64,000 bases of DNA, taken from the NCBI RefSeq assembly GCF_006345805.1, contig NC_043002.1:6510001-6574000 (forward strand), read 5' to 3'. This DNA comes from Octopus sinensis. Lineage: Eukaryota. The position numbers were made by a program, and so were the translations under genes. The notes below the pieces were generated by a model. It did not search any database. It worked only from the letters and a program-made list of their open reading frames with translations, and had not been told where the DNA came from. Of this stretch, positions 41,428 to 55,643 are shown in pieces; position 1 is the first letter of the stretch; every line of letters starts with the position of its first letter.

Positions 41428-42882
41428 AGAGAGTGAGAGAGACAAAGAGAAAGAGAGAGAAGAGAGTGAAGAGAAAATCTTTATATCTCCGACTTCGAAC
41501 CCATTTTAAAGCATTATGAAGAAAGCATTTATGGCAGAACAAATCTTTCAAGGACGCTGGAAATGAAATTACGGAGTTGCTACTGTAACATCCGAGCAGC
41601 TCCACACGACAACCACTTGATAATCAATTAATATCAAGTTAATTCTTGATCGTTATCATGCAAGCAGAGATCTGTTGAAAAGCGATCAACTTTCTAATCC
41701 TGGAGAAGTCGATAAGAAACCACTTCAATCATAGGTTGCAGCCATGTGAAAGTCATCGAAATGTGGTTTGTTTGGGACGATCTTGATGATGGACTTTCCA
41801 AACGATATCTCGTTTAGATAACGTGTCAAATGTCTATAGTCGTTTACTCCGTGTGTCTTGTTATCTCTCTCTCTCTCTCTCTCTCTCCCTCTCTCACTCT
41901 CTCTCTCTCTCCCTCTCTCCCTCTCTCTCTCTCCCTCTCTCCCTCTCTCTCTCTCCCTCTCTCACTCTCTCTCTCTCCCTCTCTCACTCTCTCTCCGCCT
42001 TTCTCCTTTTATTTTTCCTTTTTTTTTTTTGCTTCTGCTTGTGTGTTTAATATGGTGTTTCATAGAAGAAAATCATTAGGCTGGAAATACAATGCAATAT
42101 GCTGAAGCGTAACATGCGATGTCGAATCACTGAGTCGTGAGAGTTATCTGCTTATCAGGCAAATGATTTTGGGATGCTAAAGGTGTATTTTCTTTCATAG
42201 ATGAATGTAGTTGTGTCTTCAAATATCATCATCATCATCATCATCATCATCATCTCATCATCATCATCATCATCATCGTCATTATCGTCATCTTCTTCTT
42301 CTTCTTCTGTTTCTTCTTCTTCTTCTTCTGTTTCTTCTTCTTCTTCTTCTGTTTCTTCTTCTTCTTCTTCTTCTGTTTCTTCTTCTTCTTCTTCTTCTTC
42401 TTCTTCTTCTTCTTCTTCTTGCATAACATTAGGTCAGCTCTGATTTACCAAAGATATGATCAAAGGCGTTCCAGCCGTGATCGTCTCCTATTATTCAGCA
42501 TTACACGCCTAGGACTGTATTACCCAGTACGTCTCCCCAATTTTTAAGACGGTAAAATGTGAAATGAGGGAGATTTTACTGCTACATCTTGCAGGCTGAA
42601 TGACCACTTAGAGTCCCTCCTTTATGTGACCCATAATTTTGTCATCTAACTAGTTGCGCCTGCGATGTCCCCTACCTAAATACATACCACTTGTGATCAT
42701 CCTATCTTTTATTCAGATACAATGGATAGGGTTCATTAATCCAACTAATGGTCAGTTGATGTTGTACAACAAGGTAAGTTGGTATCGAATTGTAGCTAGT
42801 GTTCTTTAGATCTTAAACCACTCCTAAAAGGCCCTAGGTAATCTTAGCCAATCGATGTCTTTCATCTCACTATGTTACATAT

Positions 42883-43110
42883 GTTAGTTAGTTAGTTAGT
42901 TAGTTAGTTAATTTGGCTCAAAAGCAAATAGCAAGGCCATGTAGGGGGACATGGAGTTAAGTACAGGGTGGTGTTCATGTAAAGAGTTCAGGCCACTTGA
43001 GGTCCAGGGAGGCTTTGAAGAAAGCGGTCTTCGGCATCTTCACCATCTCGTCTGGCAGCTTATTCCACGGATCTGCAACCCGGACGGAGAAAGCTCCTCT
43101 CCTTATGTGA
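42883..43110 (-). mobile_element. 3' end of a second CR1/L2-group LINE with a (TAAC)n tail
   Basis: Minus strand translates GAFSVRVADPWNKLPDEMVKMPKTAFFKASLDLKWPELFT*, the FSxRVxxxWNxLP C-terminal motif. It is followed by a short UTR and (TAAC)n. Confidence 0.8.
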
Positions 43111-43295
43111 GATCTTACATTACTTTCTCACAGCCCTACTTTTAAAATTCATAATAATTATCCCTAAACGTAACAAGTTTTGATTCTGATTTAATCGCTG
43201 TGCTGGATAGCAGAGTAAATGATAACAGGAACCGTTTATTGGCATCAGTTAATCAGTTTGTCAGTGATGCTTCCTCTCAGATTTAGAATATAGAG

Positions 43296-43834
43296 CAGTG
43301 TTTCCTAACCACTTTTACCTAAGGACCTCTTTGATTCTTATTTTCCTCAAATTTAATCCACTAACCGTTCGATATTTAAAAAAAGAAAAATCTTATATTT
43401 TTATGATTAAATATTGTGGAGGCACATGGCCTAGTGGTTAGCGCAGCGGTCGAGGGATCGCGGGTTCGAATCTCAGGCCGGGCGATGTGTGTGTTTATGA
43501 GCGAAACACCTAAGCTCCACGCAGCTCCGGCAGAAGGTAATGGCGAAACTTCTGCTGACTCTTTTGCCACAACTTTCTCTCACTCTTTCCTCCTGCATCT
43601 TGCAGCTCACCTGCGACGGACCGGCGTCCCGTCCAGGTGGGGAACCTATACGCCAAGGAAACCGGGAAACCGGCCCTTATGAGCCAGGCATGGCTCGAGA
43701 AGGAACAAAAAAATTAAATATTATTAGGAATTGTATAAAATAATTGTTAGAATATTTTGTGTATTGTAGAAGTATAAACATTTTATTGCAAGTGGACTGC
43801 AAAGGGCCATATCGATCCTCGGTGAGAACCACTG
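43296..43834. mobile_element. hAT (Charlie-like) non-autonomous element
   Basis: TIRs CAGTGTTTCCTAACC / GGTGAGAACCACTG; 8-bp flanks ATATAGAG / CTGTAGAG (6 of 8 match). Confidence 0.7.
43416..43712 (+). mobile_element. tRNA-derived SINE with family C head and V-domain-like 3' half
   Basis: TGGCCTAGTGG and GGTTCGAATC boxes; CCTGCGACGGACCGGCGTCCCGTCCAGG; 10-bp TSD ATTAAATATT. Confidence 0.85.
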
Positions 43835-45244
43835 CTGTAGAGGATGTCCTACTATAGCTGATACAAGAAAACAGCGGTTGTGTACGCGGACAGTTGTGTT
43901 GGGAAGCTAGTGGTTTTCTCCAAACTGGAGTAACATATGATGAATCCTGGGTCAATAATTAACTAGGTTAAGGCGGTGTGACTGTAACCGGCGTTGGATG
44001 CTCAACTGTAATTTCAAAGTGCTCACATATAGTTAGATTCAAATCACCACGATAACGAAGAATTTGGCCATGGTCATTCAGAAATTGACTGACACAAACT
44101 TATCACTTAAGGGTTGCATGCAAGTAGTGTATATCTACATTGCGTTGATGGTGTATGATCCCCTGACCAATTGACCAATGTGCTTCACTCAAGAGAATAT
44201 CTACCTTCATTAAAATGCTTCTTCTTACATTCTTTGGAAGGGTTGGGAGATTAGCTCCCGTTAAATAGAGAGACCAACATAATTCCTTTCATTCTTTCGG
44301 GTCGATAAAATAAGTTGAGCCCTGGGGTCGATATAATCAACTTATCCCCTCCCGCAGACTTGATGGCTTTGTGCCAACATTTGGAATTAATTAGAACGGT
44401 CATCACTTGTTATGAAAGCACCACGTGAAGCCTCAACATGCTTTGTTTGCCGATGTATAGTCATGTATTGAAGAAGCCATACATAAGCATATTTCCGGGC
44501 AGTGGATATGTGTGGTCGACATATTCAGCAGACTAGTGTTTTCAAAGTTTAGCTCTGTTAGTAATCAGTGGTTTTGTAGAAAAATCGAGGGACAGCAAAG
44601 AATGGGCTGAACTACATTTTACGGAAGGCTTTCAGAGAAAATGACTAAGGATAATTTCTCGACGTTTCGGGCCTAGAAATGCTACTTTAGAAAAACATCT
44701 CTTAAATGAGTAAAGAACGAAATCACACTTCGTTTGCTCGTTCTTATTCAGAGCATATGTATCACCTACCTGTGGGATTATCTCGATTTGGTGCAAAGGC
44801 ATGCATTATTCTTCTGGGGTGGCTAGGCCTGGAGACATTAGTCAGTATAGTTTAGGATTGTCATTAGCTATATTGATTTCACTCATATGGCATGGAATGC
44901 GAAGCCCTTTGGCACTGTATATCCTCTCGTGACTGGTTTATAAAGCTGTTTGAATACAGGTATTACACAAGTCTAATTGTGAATATATTTTCCCCGATCC
45001 TTACATTTGATAAAGTATTGATGACAGTGAGCGTTGGACGACTTCGTAACCATTTCTTGTGGTGCTTTACGTTCTGAGTTCAAATCCCGTCAAGGTCAAC
45101 TTTTCATCTCAAGAGTGTCAACAAATTAAAACACCAGTCATCAATAAAACACCACACTTCCCCTCATATTTCTGACCTTTTACCTATGTCAGAAACGATT
45201 GTTAAGTAGTAGTAGTAATAGTAGTAGACTACTACAACAGCTAT

Positions 45245-45320
<76 letters not shown>

Positions 45321-45374
45321 TCAACTGCCTCTACTACTTAACAATTGTTTCTGACATAGTAAAAAGGCCAGAAA

Positions 45375-45406
<32 letters not shown>

Positions 45407-45497
45407 GTGGTAGTAGTAGAAGTAGTAGTAGTAGTAGTAGTAGTTGGTGTTGTTGTTGTTGTTGTTGTTGTACTTGTTATTGTGGTTGTTGTTTTAG

Positions 45498-45590
45498 GTT
45501 CCATCGCCTTCAGATCGAACGAACTCTGTAACCATTTGAGAGCAGAGACTGTACAAGCGGTTTTTACATGCGTGTACAGAACTGGCTTGG
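45498..45590 (+). other. Weak candidate exon (93 nt)
   Basis: GTTTTAG| acceptor and G|GTGAGT donor; one open frame (SIAFRSNELCNHLRAETVQAVFTCVYRTGL); unique island between microsatellites. Confidence 0.25.
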
Positions 45591-46005
45591 GTGAGTGGTG
45601 AGGTGACTATGCCTCGTACAAAATGTCATTTGTATGTAAAATTATACAAAAGAAAGTGTGTATGTCAATGAGAACATGAGTGCATGAGTCTGTGCGTGGT
45701 TGTTTGTAAGTGTGTATGTGTGTGTGTGTGTGTGTGTGGTGTGGTGTGTGTGTGTGTGTGTGTGTTTGAGTGGAAGACGGAAAAAGACGCAGCCAGAAAG
45801 CGGGAGTGAAAGTTTAAGACACGTTATTGTCCCGTATTCACGGAGAAAGTATTTGTTGTCTCAGAACATCTCTCGCTTCTGATTTATGTGAGCGGAAATT
45901 AATTGTAAATTAAGAAGAGATATTGCATGTAATCATTCGAAATGTTGTTATATGGCATCGTCTAAGCTTCTCCCTCTCTCTCTCTCTTTTAACCCCCTCT
46001 GTTTT

Positions 46006-46068
<63 letters not shown>

Positions 46069-46371
46069 CTCCTTCTCCTTCGGAATCACTCTAACAATGT
46101 CCCTGCTAATGTGTGACTTAGAGTCTGCTTTTCTATCAAGCTCTCTCTATCTTCTGTCTCCCTTTCTTTCTTTCTTTCTTCTTTTTTCTTTTTCTTTCTT
46201 TCTTTCTTTCTTCTTCTTTCTATCATAGTTTCTCTCTTTCTTTCATTCCTTCTTTCTTTCTTTCTTTCTGTCTTTCTAATCATACTTTTTCCTTTTCTTT
46301 CATTCATTCATTCGCACACTCTATCACTCTGTATGTGTGTCATTACGTACACACACACCCCAGATATATTA

Positions 46372-46471
46372 NNNNNNNNNNNNNNNNNNNNNNNNNNNNN
46401 NNNNNNNNNNNNNNNNNNNNNNNNNNNNNNNNNNNNNNNNNNNNNNNNNNNNNNNNNNNNNNNNNNNNNNN
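46372..46471. other. Assembly gap (100 N)
   Basis: Run of N. Confidence 1.
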
Positions 46472-47032
46472 AAATATCTTTGCGTAAATCTTTGCAATCA
46501 TTTCCTCTTTCATTAGTTTCTGTGATTGAGTAAATAAACATATTAATCTATTAACCTATTCATACATTCAATTATTCATTTGATTTTATTTCATTAGCAA
46601 GAGTGATCTGACATTTGTTTGCGCGTGAATACGGCGTTATAGGCGTTATAAGAGGCGAATTAGGTTGTACACAGAATCCTGACAAATTGTTATAAGCTGT
46701 AATCAGATAAAAACAAACCACCCACAACATCTGTTACGGAGTGAGGGTCAAAAATATGACAATGGAAATTTAAGTTGTAGAAATTTGCGCTACCCTAATG
46801 TGTCATGGCAACATATCTGTCTTCTCTTTCCTTCTTTCTTTCTTTCTTTCTTTCTTTTTTTTTCTTTCCTTCTTTCTTTTTATATTTTCATTATTACTCT
46901 GCTATCGTTGACAAATGATGACTACTGCCTGCGTCTTTGTTTAGATGACAAATATTTCTATCTTTATACCTCAGTTTCTCTTTCTCTTTCAATCGGTCGT
47001 TCTTTTAGAGATTGACAGATTGACACAACACA

Positions 47033-47093
<61 letters not shown>

Positions 47094-47304
47094 CATACAT
47101 ACGTATATATATGTATGAATTCAAAGTTCACTCTCAATACTGTTCTTGATCAAAGATAATAAATTCGAACTCTGCAAATGTATATTATTACTGAACTTAA
47201 AAAAACAAACCTTAATATATATATATATATATAATATATATATACACATGTATATATATATAGAGAGAGAGTATAATATATAATATATTCTTTTCTTTTT
47301 TCTC

Positions 47305-47704
47305 TTTTTACTTGTTTCAGTCTATTTGACTTGCGGCATGCTGAAGCACCGCTTTAATCGAGCAACTCGACCCCGGGACTTATTCTTTGTAAGCCCAGTA
47401 CTTATTCTATCGGTCTCTTTTTTGCCGAACCGCTAAGTGACGGGGACGTAAACACACCAGCATCGGTTGTAAGCGATGCTAGGGGGTCAAACACAGACAC
47501 ACAACACACACACATATATATATATATATATACATATATACGACAGGCTTCTTTCAGTTTCCGTCTACCAAATCCACTCACAAGGCATTGGTCGGCCCGG
47601 GGCGATAGCAGGAGACACTTGCCCAAGATGCCACGCAGTGGCCGGAACCGGAAACTATGTGTTTGGTTAGCAAGCACCTCTTACCACACAGCCACTCCTG
47701 CGCC
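47305..47704 (-). mobile_element. SINE family A, full length
   Basis: Reverse-complement homologue of 7826-8222. Confidence 0.88.
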
Positions 47705-47828
47705 TATATATATATATAAATCGAGAGAGAGAAAGAAAAAAAGCAGAGTGAAAAAAGAAGAAAGAGAGAGAAAGAGATAAATAGGTAGATAAATAGACAG
47801 ATATAAATATATATATGTGTGTGTGTGT

Positions 47829-47922
<94 letters not shown>

Positions 47923-48712
47923 GTCGAATTGAAAATGGGAGTAATTTTAATAAGAGATGTTCCTGGTGCATCTTTTACCATTTTTCTTCTCACGTATTGG
48001 TTAGAGATTCTCTCCTCCTCCATGATATTATTCCCGCCAGAGGCAATCCCTGCATATCTATTGTGATTAATTTGCTTCTTCTTTGTCATTTTTATATCTT
48101 CCATTACGGTCATATTTATCATTATTATTGTTGTCGTTGTTGTTGTTGTCTTTGTTGTTTTTGTTGTTGGTATCAGTAATATCATTATCATCAATACTAT
48201 TGTTGTTCTTGTTATTATTATTCTCATAATTTGCTGTAGCCGTCGCAGAAATCGTAGCAGTAACAGCAGTGGTCGTCGCAGTAGAGTTCAGGGGCTCATG
48301 ATCCAAGTTTAGTCCATATACCACCTGTCATGCGAGTGTTTCATTATCAGATGAACCCATCATCTGGACAGAGTCAATGTTATTGTGTGCGGTTTTGATT
48401 AGCGTATGGTCTCGGACAGATGAAGTATTTTTAAAATATTGAACGGAATTAGGTTTTCTTTCGCCTATATCAAGCATATTCCGTGCTAATAGCGACAAAT
48501 ATAACATCCATCAGAGGAATAGAGCACTGTAAAATTAGCCATGTTTTATTCAGTGCCGACAGATTGGGTTTCTTTAAAAAGAGGAATTATTTGTTTTATT
48601 ATGAAGTTTTGAATTTTATAACTATTTTATGAATACATATATATATGACAAAACCCACATACACACATACACTATAAGCGTGTGTATTGATGGACCTGTG
48701 CATGTGTGTGCG

Positions 48713-48745
<33 letters not shown>

Positions 48746-49782
48746 AAATGCATGTGTGTGTAAATACATGCACACATGTATGTGTGTGTGTATAGTACTT
48801 ACAATATGTGTATACATATATACTGTTAGTACTATATAAACGATTATAAATATATATATGAATTAAGCACACAAATATATACACACCCAAATACATACAC
48901 ATAAATATATGCATATGTTTGTATATATATCTATTCATATCTACATCTATGTGTATGTATGTGTGTGAATCTGAGCGCGTTGTGGAGGTCTATGTTTTTC
49001 TGTGAGAGTGTGTGTGTGTGTGTGCGTGAGTGACATATCTCTAAAAGAGAGTTAACTAAAAGTGATGAACTAATTATGACGAAAAATCACAATTATGTGT
49101 GTGGTTGTGTGTGTGTGTGGTTGTGTGTGTGTTTGAGAGCGAGCGAGCGAATGAGTGAGTGTGTGTGTGCATATGTGTGTGCGTGTGTGTGTTCGCGCGC
49201 GCAACTAAAGCTAAGACTTATGTTCAAGTGAAAAAATAAACCGAGAGTACTAATTTACGATGCACCACGTGACATGTCCTAAAGTTCATAGCTTCATTCT
49301 GCGAGATAGTATTTGCTTCCATGAGCATTTGATGCCATCAAATTTTAAGAAAAACAATATGCAGCACGAAGTTTTGTCAGTGAACAGGTCGCAGTCTCAA
49401 AGCGACGAAAATATTTTGACAAATTAAATTTAAATGTTGAAGTGAATCGAACGGTTTTTGTGTGTTTCTTAAATGGCTTATAAACACCTTCCACGCTGCA
49501 ATTGTTTTCGTTCCAGCACAAGATCTCAGATCAAGTCACTCGCTATGCAAGTACATCTCCGTAATATCAGTCAGTCACATGTAATAGGGTATAAAAGCCA
49601 TGAGAAAAGCTACATACACAGAAACATTTTTTTTTTCCGAAAGAAATATTGTCTTCTCAGGTAGTGAATATCTCGAAAACTGCTCCGCATGAAATCAAAT
49701 TCAGCCTGAGGATTTGGAGCCAACTTCGTACTTACTTCCTGAGTTCAAATGTCAACTTTGTTATACATACTTTCAGGGTTGA

Positions 49783-50015
49783 AAGGCGGCGAGCTGGCAG
49801 AAACGTTAGCACGCTGGGCGAAATGCGTAGCCGTATTTCGTCTGTCGCTACGTTCTGAGTTCAAATTCCGTCGAGGTCGACTCTGCCTTTCATTCTTTCG
49901 GGGTCGATAAATTAAGTAGCAGTTACGCACTGGGGTCGATGTAATCGACTTAATCCGTTTGTCTTTCCTTGTTTATCCTCTCTGTGTTTAGCCCCTTGTG
50001 GGCAATAAAGAAACA
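49783..50015 (+). mobile_element. SINE family B with 21-bp TSD
   Basis: Flanked by TATACATACTTTCAGGGTTGA at 49762-49782 and 50016-50036. Confidence 0.9.
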
Positions 50016-50554
50016 TATACATACTTTCAGGGTTGATAGAATAAATTACTAGTTTCCGTCTGCCAAATTCCACCGATATTGATTAAGATAAAGCCATTAT
50101 AGAAGACCGTTTTTGAAACTATTAGATAGTGAAATGGAACTCAGAATTATTTTTGCATAAAGATAATGACGAGCTTTCATGTATCGTTCCCAAACAATAT
50201 CAGACAGTATTCTTAGCTTAGTGTGGACAAAAATCGTTGTATGACAACGGTTTGCTGAATGCAAACAGGTACACTATTCATTACAGGTGCGTATTTGCTT
50301 TACAAATAATGTGTGAAAACCCTTGGAAATTATTAACTGGAAAATTTGTAAGAAATTGTAAAATCTTCTTTGTGGTTAAATTCAATTTTTGGCAGGGAAA
50401 TCATCACCGTCAATTATAAAATAAAATTTACATTATCGGCTACAAAATCATAAGAGGTCGATTTTAACCAGGTGGGAGTGAAAATCAGCACATTGCAATG
50501 TATGGCTAATTGGCAAAATATCTTCCACCTGTTCACCAACATTAATAATATTGA

Positions 50555-51370
50555 TTTCAAATTTTGGCACGACACCAGCAATTTCGGGGAGGAGTATAAG
50601 TCGATTATATCGACTCCAGTGCTCAGCTAGTACTTATTTAATCGAGCTCGAAAAGATAAAAGGTAATGTCGACCTCCGCAGAATTTGAACGGAGAACATA
50701 AAGACGGAAGAAATGTTGCTAAGCATTTTGCCCGACGGTCTTATGATTCTGCCAGCTTTCTGCCTTATAAACATTAATAATATTCTTTTCTACTTTTCTG
50801 CAAGCTGGCAGAATCGTGAGGATGCCGGGCGAAATGCCTTGTGGTATTTCGTCTGCCGTTACGTTCTGAGTTCAAATTCCGCCGAGGTCGACTTTGCCTT
50901 TCATCCTTTCGGGGTCGATTAAATAAGTACCAGTTACGCACTGGGGTCGATGTAATCGACTTAATCCGTTTGTCTGTCCCTGTTTGTCCTCTGTGTTTAG
51001 CCCCTTGTGGGTAGTAAAGAAATAAGTATTTCGTCTATCTTTACGTTCTGAGTTCAAATTCAACCGAAGTCGACTTTGCCGTTGATCCTTTCAGGGTCAA
51101 TAAATTAAGTACCAGTTGCGGACTGGGGTCGATCTAAAATATTTTGGACCTTGTGCCTAGAGTAGAAAAGAATGGCTACCGCACCAGGGAAAATGCTTAA
51201 CGGCATTTTTTCCAACTTTACTTCCTGTGTTCAAATATCATCGGGGTCGACTTTGCTTATCATCCTTACAGGATCGATAAAATAAGTACCAGTTGAACAC
51301 TTGCTTCGATGTAATCGATTTACCACTCCTACCGAAATTTCTGTCTCTGTACTAAAATTTGAAACCAATA
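50555..51370. mobile_element. SINE family B cluster: minus copy 50555-50765, plus dimer 50803-51170, older plus copy to 51370
   Basis: Repeated family B blocks. Confidence 0.8.
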
Positions 51371-52634
51371 TTAAAAGATGAAGGAAGACGATAATAGCAA
51401 TATTTCTAATAGGATCACAGCAAATGAGATGTTTTTTTTTTCCATGGGTAATTTTTAACAAGAACAATTGTGCAGTACCCACCGATTTTTGCACGTGTAG
51501 TGGATCACACAGCAGGTCTATGTAGAAATAACTTCCAAAAATCCAACCGAAATATAGAATCTGTGGGGTAATATTTACAGAAACCTATTCAATGCTAACA
51601 TTATCACCTAAATATAAACTCAAAACTTCGCAAAAATACAGACATTCCGAAAACTGAAATTAGAGAAAAATGAAACTTCACATCTGGCCTACACATGATT
51701 CGTTTGAGTTATAATGACCGTTAGGATTATTCCCTGTATACCTATTGAAACAAATCCAATATGGTGATATTCTAATTTACATTAGACCGAGATTAACTTT
51801 ATTAGAGTCAAGCGTCATAAAAAATTCCCGAAATATTTTTATAGCACACAAGAAGTTTTTCTGTTTCACAGGCGTCAATTTTACGATTGAATATTAAAGA
51901 AAATACTTGTTGAGTAATATTGTTTGACTAATACCCGAGTAATAAAAAATGAAAGGAAACGGCTAATCCAGCAAAGTAACAGGCGTCAATTTTATATTAC
52001 TATTGTGTTAATTTTTTTTTTCCCTCAAAATGACACGTGTCTAAAGTGTCATATAGGACTTTTATTGGAGCCGAAACCAAGGGAAATGTTTTAACAGGAA
52101 TTGCAACACTAAATATAAGCGGCTAGAGACCTAAGCAATAACGAAATCCCGGCGAGGCTTCATACGCTACAAAAACGTACGCTCCAGGCCCTTGTTATAA
52201 AAGTAAAGCACCCAACAGACTAGTCTTCACTTAAACTCACTTTTAGTTTGTTTCACTAGTATTTTCTATTTTATGCGAAATTTAAGGCGATTTCTGTTCC
52301 CTCGTACTTGTTGATTTTAAACTACCTGCATCAGTACTCAATCACATCCTCATATTCCCAAGAAGATGGATTCACGACGGTCTTATTATGAACAGCTCGT
52401 GTAATCCTCCCTTATCAGGAATATAATCTTCAGATATGTATATATATATTACCGACATCAGAAAGGGCAATGTGAACAACATCTGTAATATCTGCTACAT
52501 TAAAATGTACTTTATTAAGAATAATGACAGCAATAAGAGGATAACATTGATCAAATAAGGTAAAGTGAAGTTATAGTGCCCTTGCTCTAAAATTATATCG
52601 ATAGCGGTAACAACTATGTAAACAACGTCAAAAA

Positions 52635-52754
52635 ATAGCCTCGGGCCGACCAAAGTCTTGTTGCTGAAGTTGCTCGACGGAAACTTTAAAAAGCCCTTCA
52701 TCTATCTATCTCTATCTATCTATCTATCTGTCAGTCTATCTATCTATCTATATA

Positions 52755-52799
<45 letters not shown>

Positions 52800-53072
52800 T
52801 ATATGAGTGTGTGTGTGTGTGTGTGTACACACACATGTATGTATATATGTATGTGTGTATGCGTGCGTGTGTCTGTTTCTGTGTTTGTCTCCCACCACTG
52901 CTTGTGCTAGTGTGTTTACTTTCCCGTAACTTTGCGGTTTGGCAAAAGAGACCGATAGAATAAGTATCAGGCTTTAAAAAAATATGTTAAATCCTGGGGT
53001 CGATTCGCTCGACTCAAGGCAGTGCCCCAGCATGGCTGCAGTCCAATGACCGAAGCAAGTGAAAGACAAAAG
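52635..53072 (+). mobile_element. SINE family A, 5'-truncated
   Basis: ATAGCCTCGGGCCGACCAAAG..GCAAAAGAGACCGATAG..GTGCCCCAGCATGGC. Confidence 0.8.
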
Positions 53073-53528
53073 ATGTACCTCGGAATGTACAGTTAAGCAC
53101 ACACACTAACTCCACCCGGCAAAAAACAAAGATGCTTTATGGGTGGAAGCTTTAACGTTCGAGGAATCAAAAATACTAAAGCGCGAAATATGTTTGTGGA
53201 ACAGTCTTTCCACCATCTTCCACGGCGGTGCATCAGCATGGCCGCAGCTCTGAGCTGAAACTGAAAAAGAAGAATTTTTTTAAAGACACACAAAAAAAGC
53301 TCCATTTAATTCCAAAGAAACATTTTAATTCACTCAAAAGCATACAAAAGGGTTTTCCAATCCAATATTTTACATACTATTATTGTTGCAATAGCGGCAT
53401 TTCACTTGTCTTTGTTTTCTGAGATCAAATTCTGCCGAGGTCGACTTTGCCTTTTATCATTCCAGTGTCAATCAAATAAGACTCGAGAGCCATTATTCGA
53501 AAAAATATTTACTTATATTATAATATAA

Positions 53529-53755
53529 GGCGGCGAGCTGGTAGAAACGTTAGCACGCCGGGCGAGATTCGTAGCCGTATTTCGTCTGTCGTTACGTTCC
53601 GAGTTCAAATTCCGCCGAGGTCGACTTTGCCTTTCATCCTTTCGGGGTCGATAATTAAGTACCAGTTACGCACTGGGGTCGATGTAGTCGACTTAATCCC
53701 TTTGTCTGTCCTGTTTGTCCCCTCTGTGTTTGGCCCTTGTGGGTAGTAAAGAAAT
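53529..53755 (+). mobile_element. SINE family B
   Basis: Matches the other family B copies. Confidence 0.88.
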
Positions 53756-53833
53756 ATATATTATAAATAAGTACTTATATATACGTACATATATTATAAT
53801 ATACGTACACACACACACACGCACACATATATA

Positions 53834-53880
<47 letters not shown>

Positions 53881-54237
53881 AGTGTACAGACGAGGAAAAC
53901 AAGAGCCCTCATCACATGTAGAGATAGCGTTCGGCAATTCACACACACGTTTTGTGTCCGTGAAGGTATTAATTATAATGATTTGAATCAAAAATTTTAA
54001 TGTATGATAATTTTATATAAAATTACAATCTCTCACATACACATGGATGTTTGTAAGGACGTATACTCATAAGGCTTTTGTCAATCCTGAGCTAAATACG
54101 AAACACTTGACAGGGATAACATAAAAGAGTATCGAACCCGGAACCACAAGTTTACCAAGCAAAGTTCTTTACCCTACAACCACGCCTCTGAAGTTGTAGA
54201 GCCTATTGCTGCCGCTGCTGCTGTTGCTGTTGATGCT

Positions 54238-54598
54238 ATTGAGTGAAGCGGTCTTCGTCCCAGTGGGAGAAGTCCGATACGTGGTCCTTTGCTATTCGTA
54301 AGACCCGCAGAAGAGAAAGCGGGTCAACCCCCGACACCGAGAGCATCGACGGGTGGATGAATGCGCATCCAGGCTCAGCGGTCGCGTAGGAAGTCGGGGA
54401 CAAGAAACAGGAAGAAAGAGTGAGAGAAAGTTGGAGCGAAAGAGTACAACAGGGGTCGCCACCACCCCTTGCCGGAGCCTCGTGGAGCTTTAGGTGTTTT
54501 CGCTCAATAAACACACAGAACGCTCGGTCTGGGAATCGAAACCGCGAACCTCCGACCGCGTGTCCGCTGCCCTAACCACTGGGCCATTGCGTCTCCAC
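54238..54598 (-). mobile_element. SINE family C
   Basis: Reverse-complement homologue of 32122-32480, inserted in a (GCT)/(GTT) repeat. Confidence 0.88.
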
Positions 54599-55033
54599 TG
54601 CTGCTGCTGCTGCTATCGTTGATGATTCTATTATTGTTTCTAATAATTTTGCTGCTGCTACTGCCGCTGGTGTATCTCACTTTTATTCAATGCTATTATA
54701 GCCATAACTGCTTGTTATTCAGATTATTTTGCCGACTATTATTATTATCATCATCATCATCGTCATCATCATCATCATCGTCATCAGTATTATTATTATT
54801 ATTATTATTGTTATTATCATCATCATCATCATCATCATCATCAGTATCAGTATCATCATCATTGTTATCATCATCATCATCATCATCATCATCATCGTCA
54901 TCAGTATTATTATTATTATTATTATTGTTATTATCATCATCATCATCATCATCATCATCAGTATCAGTATCATCATCATTGTTATTATATCATCATCATC
55001 ATCGTCATCAGTATTATTATTATTATATTATTA

Positions 55034-55106
<73 letters not shown>

Positions 55107-55643
55107 TATTATTATCAGTGCTGTTGTTAGTCTTCTTGATTTTTATGTTGTTTGCAATTGTTGTTACAGCAGTTGTTATTGCTATTGTTTTTACTTTTTA
55201 CTTTTTGCCTCGTTGTTTTTATTGATGTTACTCCAGTTGTTAGTCTTCAATTTTTAGTTGTTTCTATTTATTTTCATTGTTTTCTCTTATTGCTATTCTT
55301 TTGTTGTTGTTTTATATTTTTGTTATTACGTTCTATTACTCTTATTGTTGTTGTTGTTGTTGTTGTTTTTAATGGCCTCACCACAACTAGAGGAAGGGTT
55401 GTCGTTGCTTTTGTTGTTCCTCGTTCATTTTGTTTTTGTTTTTTTGTTGTTTTTTTTCTTCATATTTATTTCCATGTTTCCGTTGCCGCTGTTCTTGTTG
55501 TCGACGACATTGTTGTTACAAGTTATTGTAATGTAATTTTATTATATCGTGTTATTATATTGTATTATTGCATTGTACTTTATATATTTTCCATAAACAA
55601 TTGATCCCATCGAGAAATGAACTCTATGTGTGCCTTGCCCCAC

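Noticed and set aside
44655-44700. Minus-strand CCGAAACGTC as a hammerhead
   Set aside because: Upstream box reads CTAAAGT rather than CUGANGA and the stems are poor.
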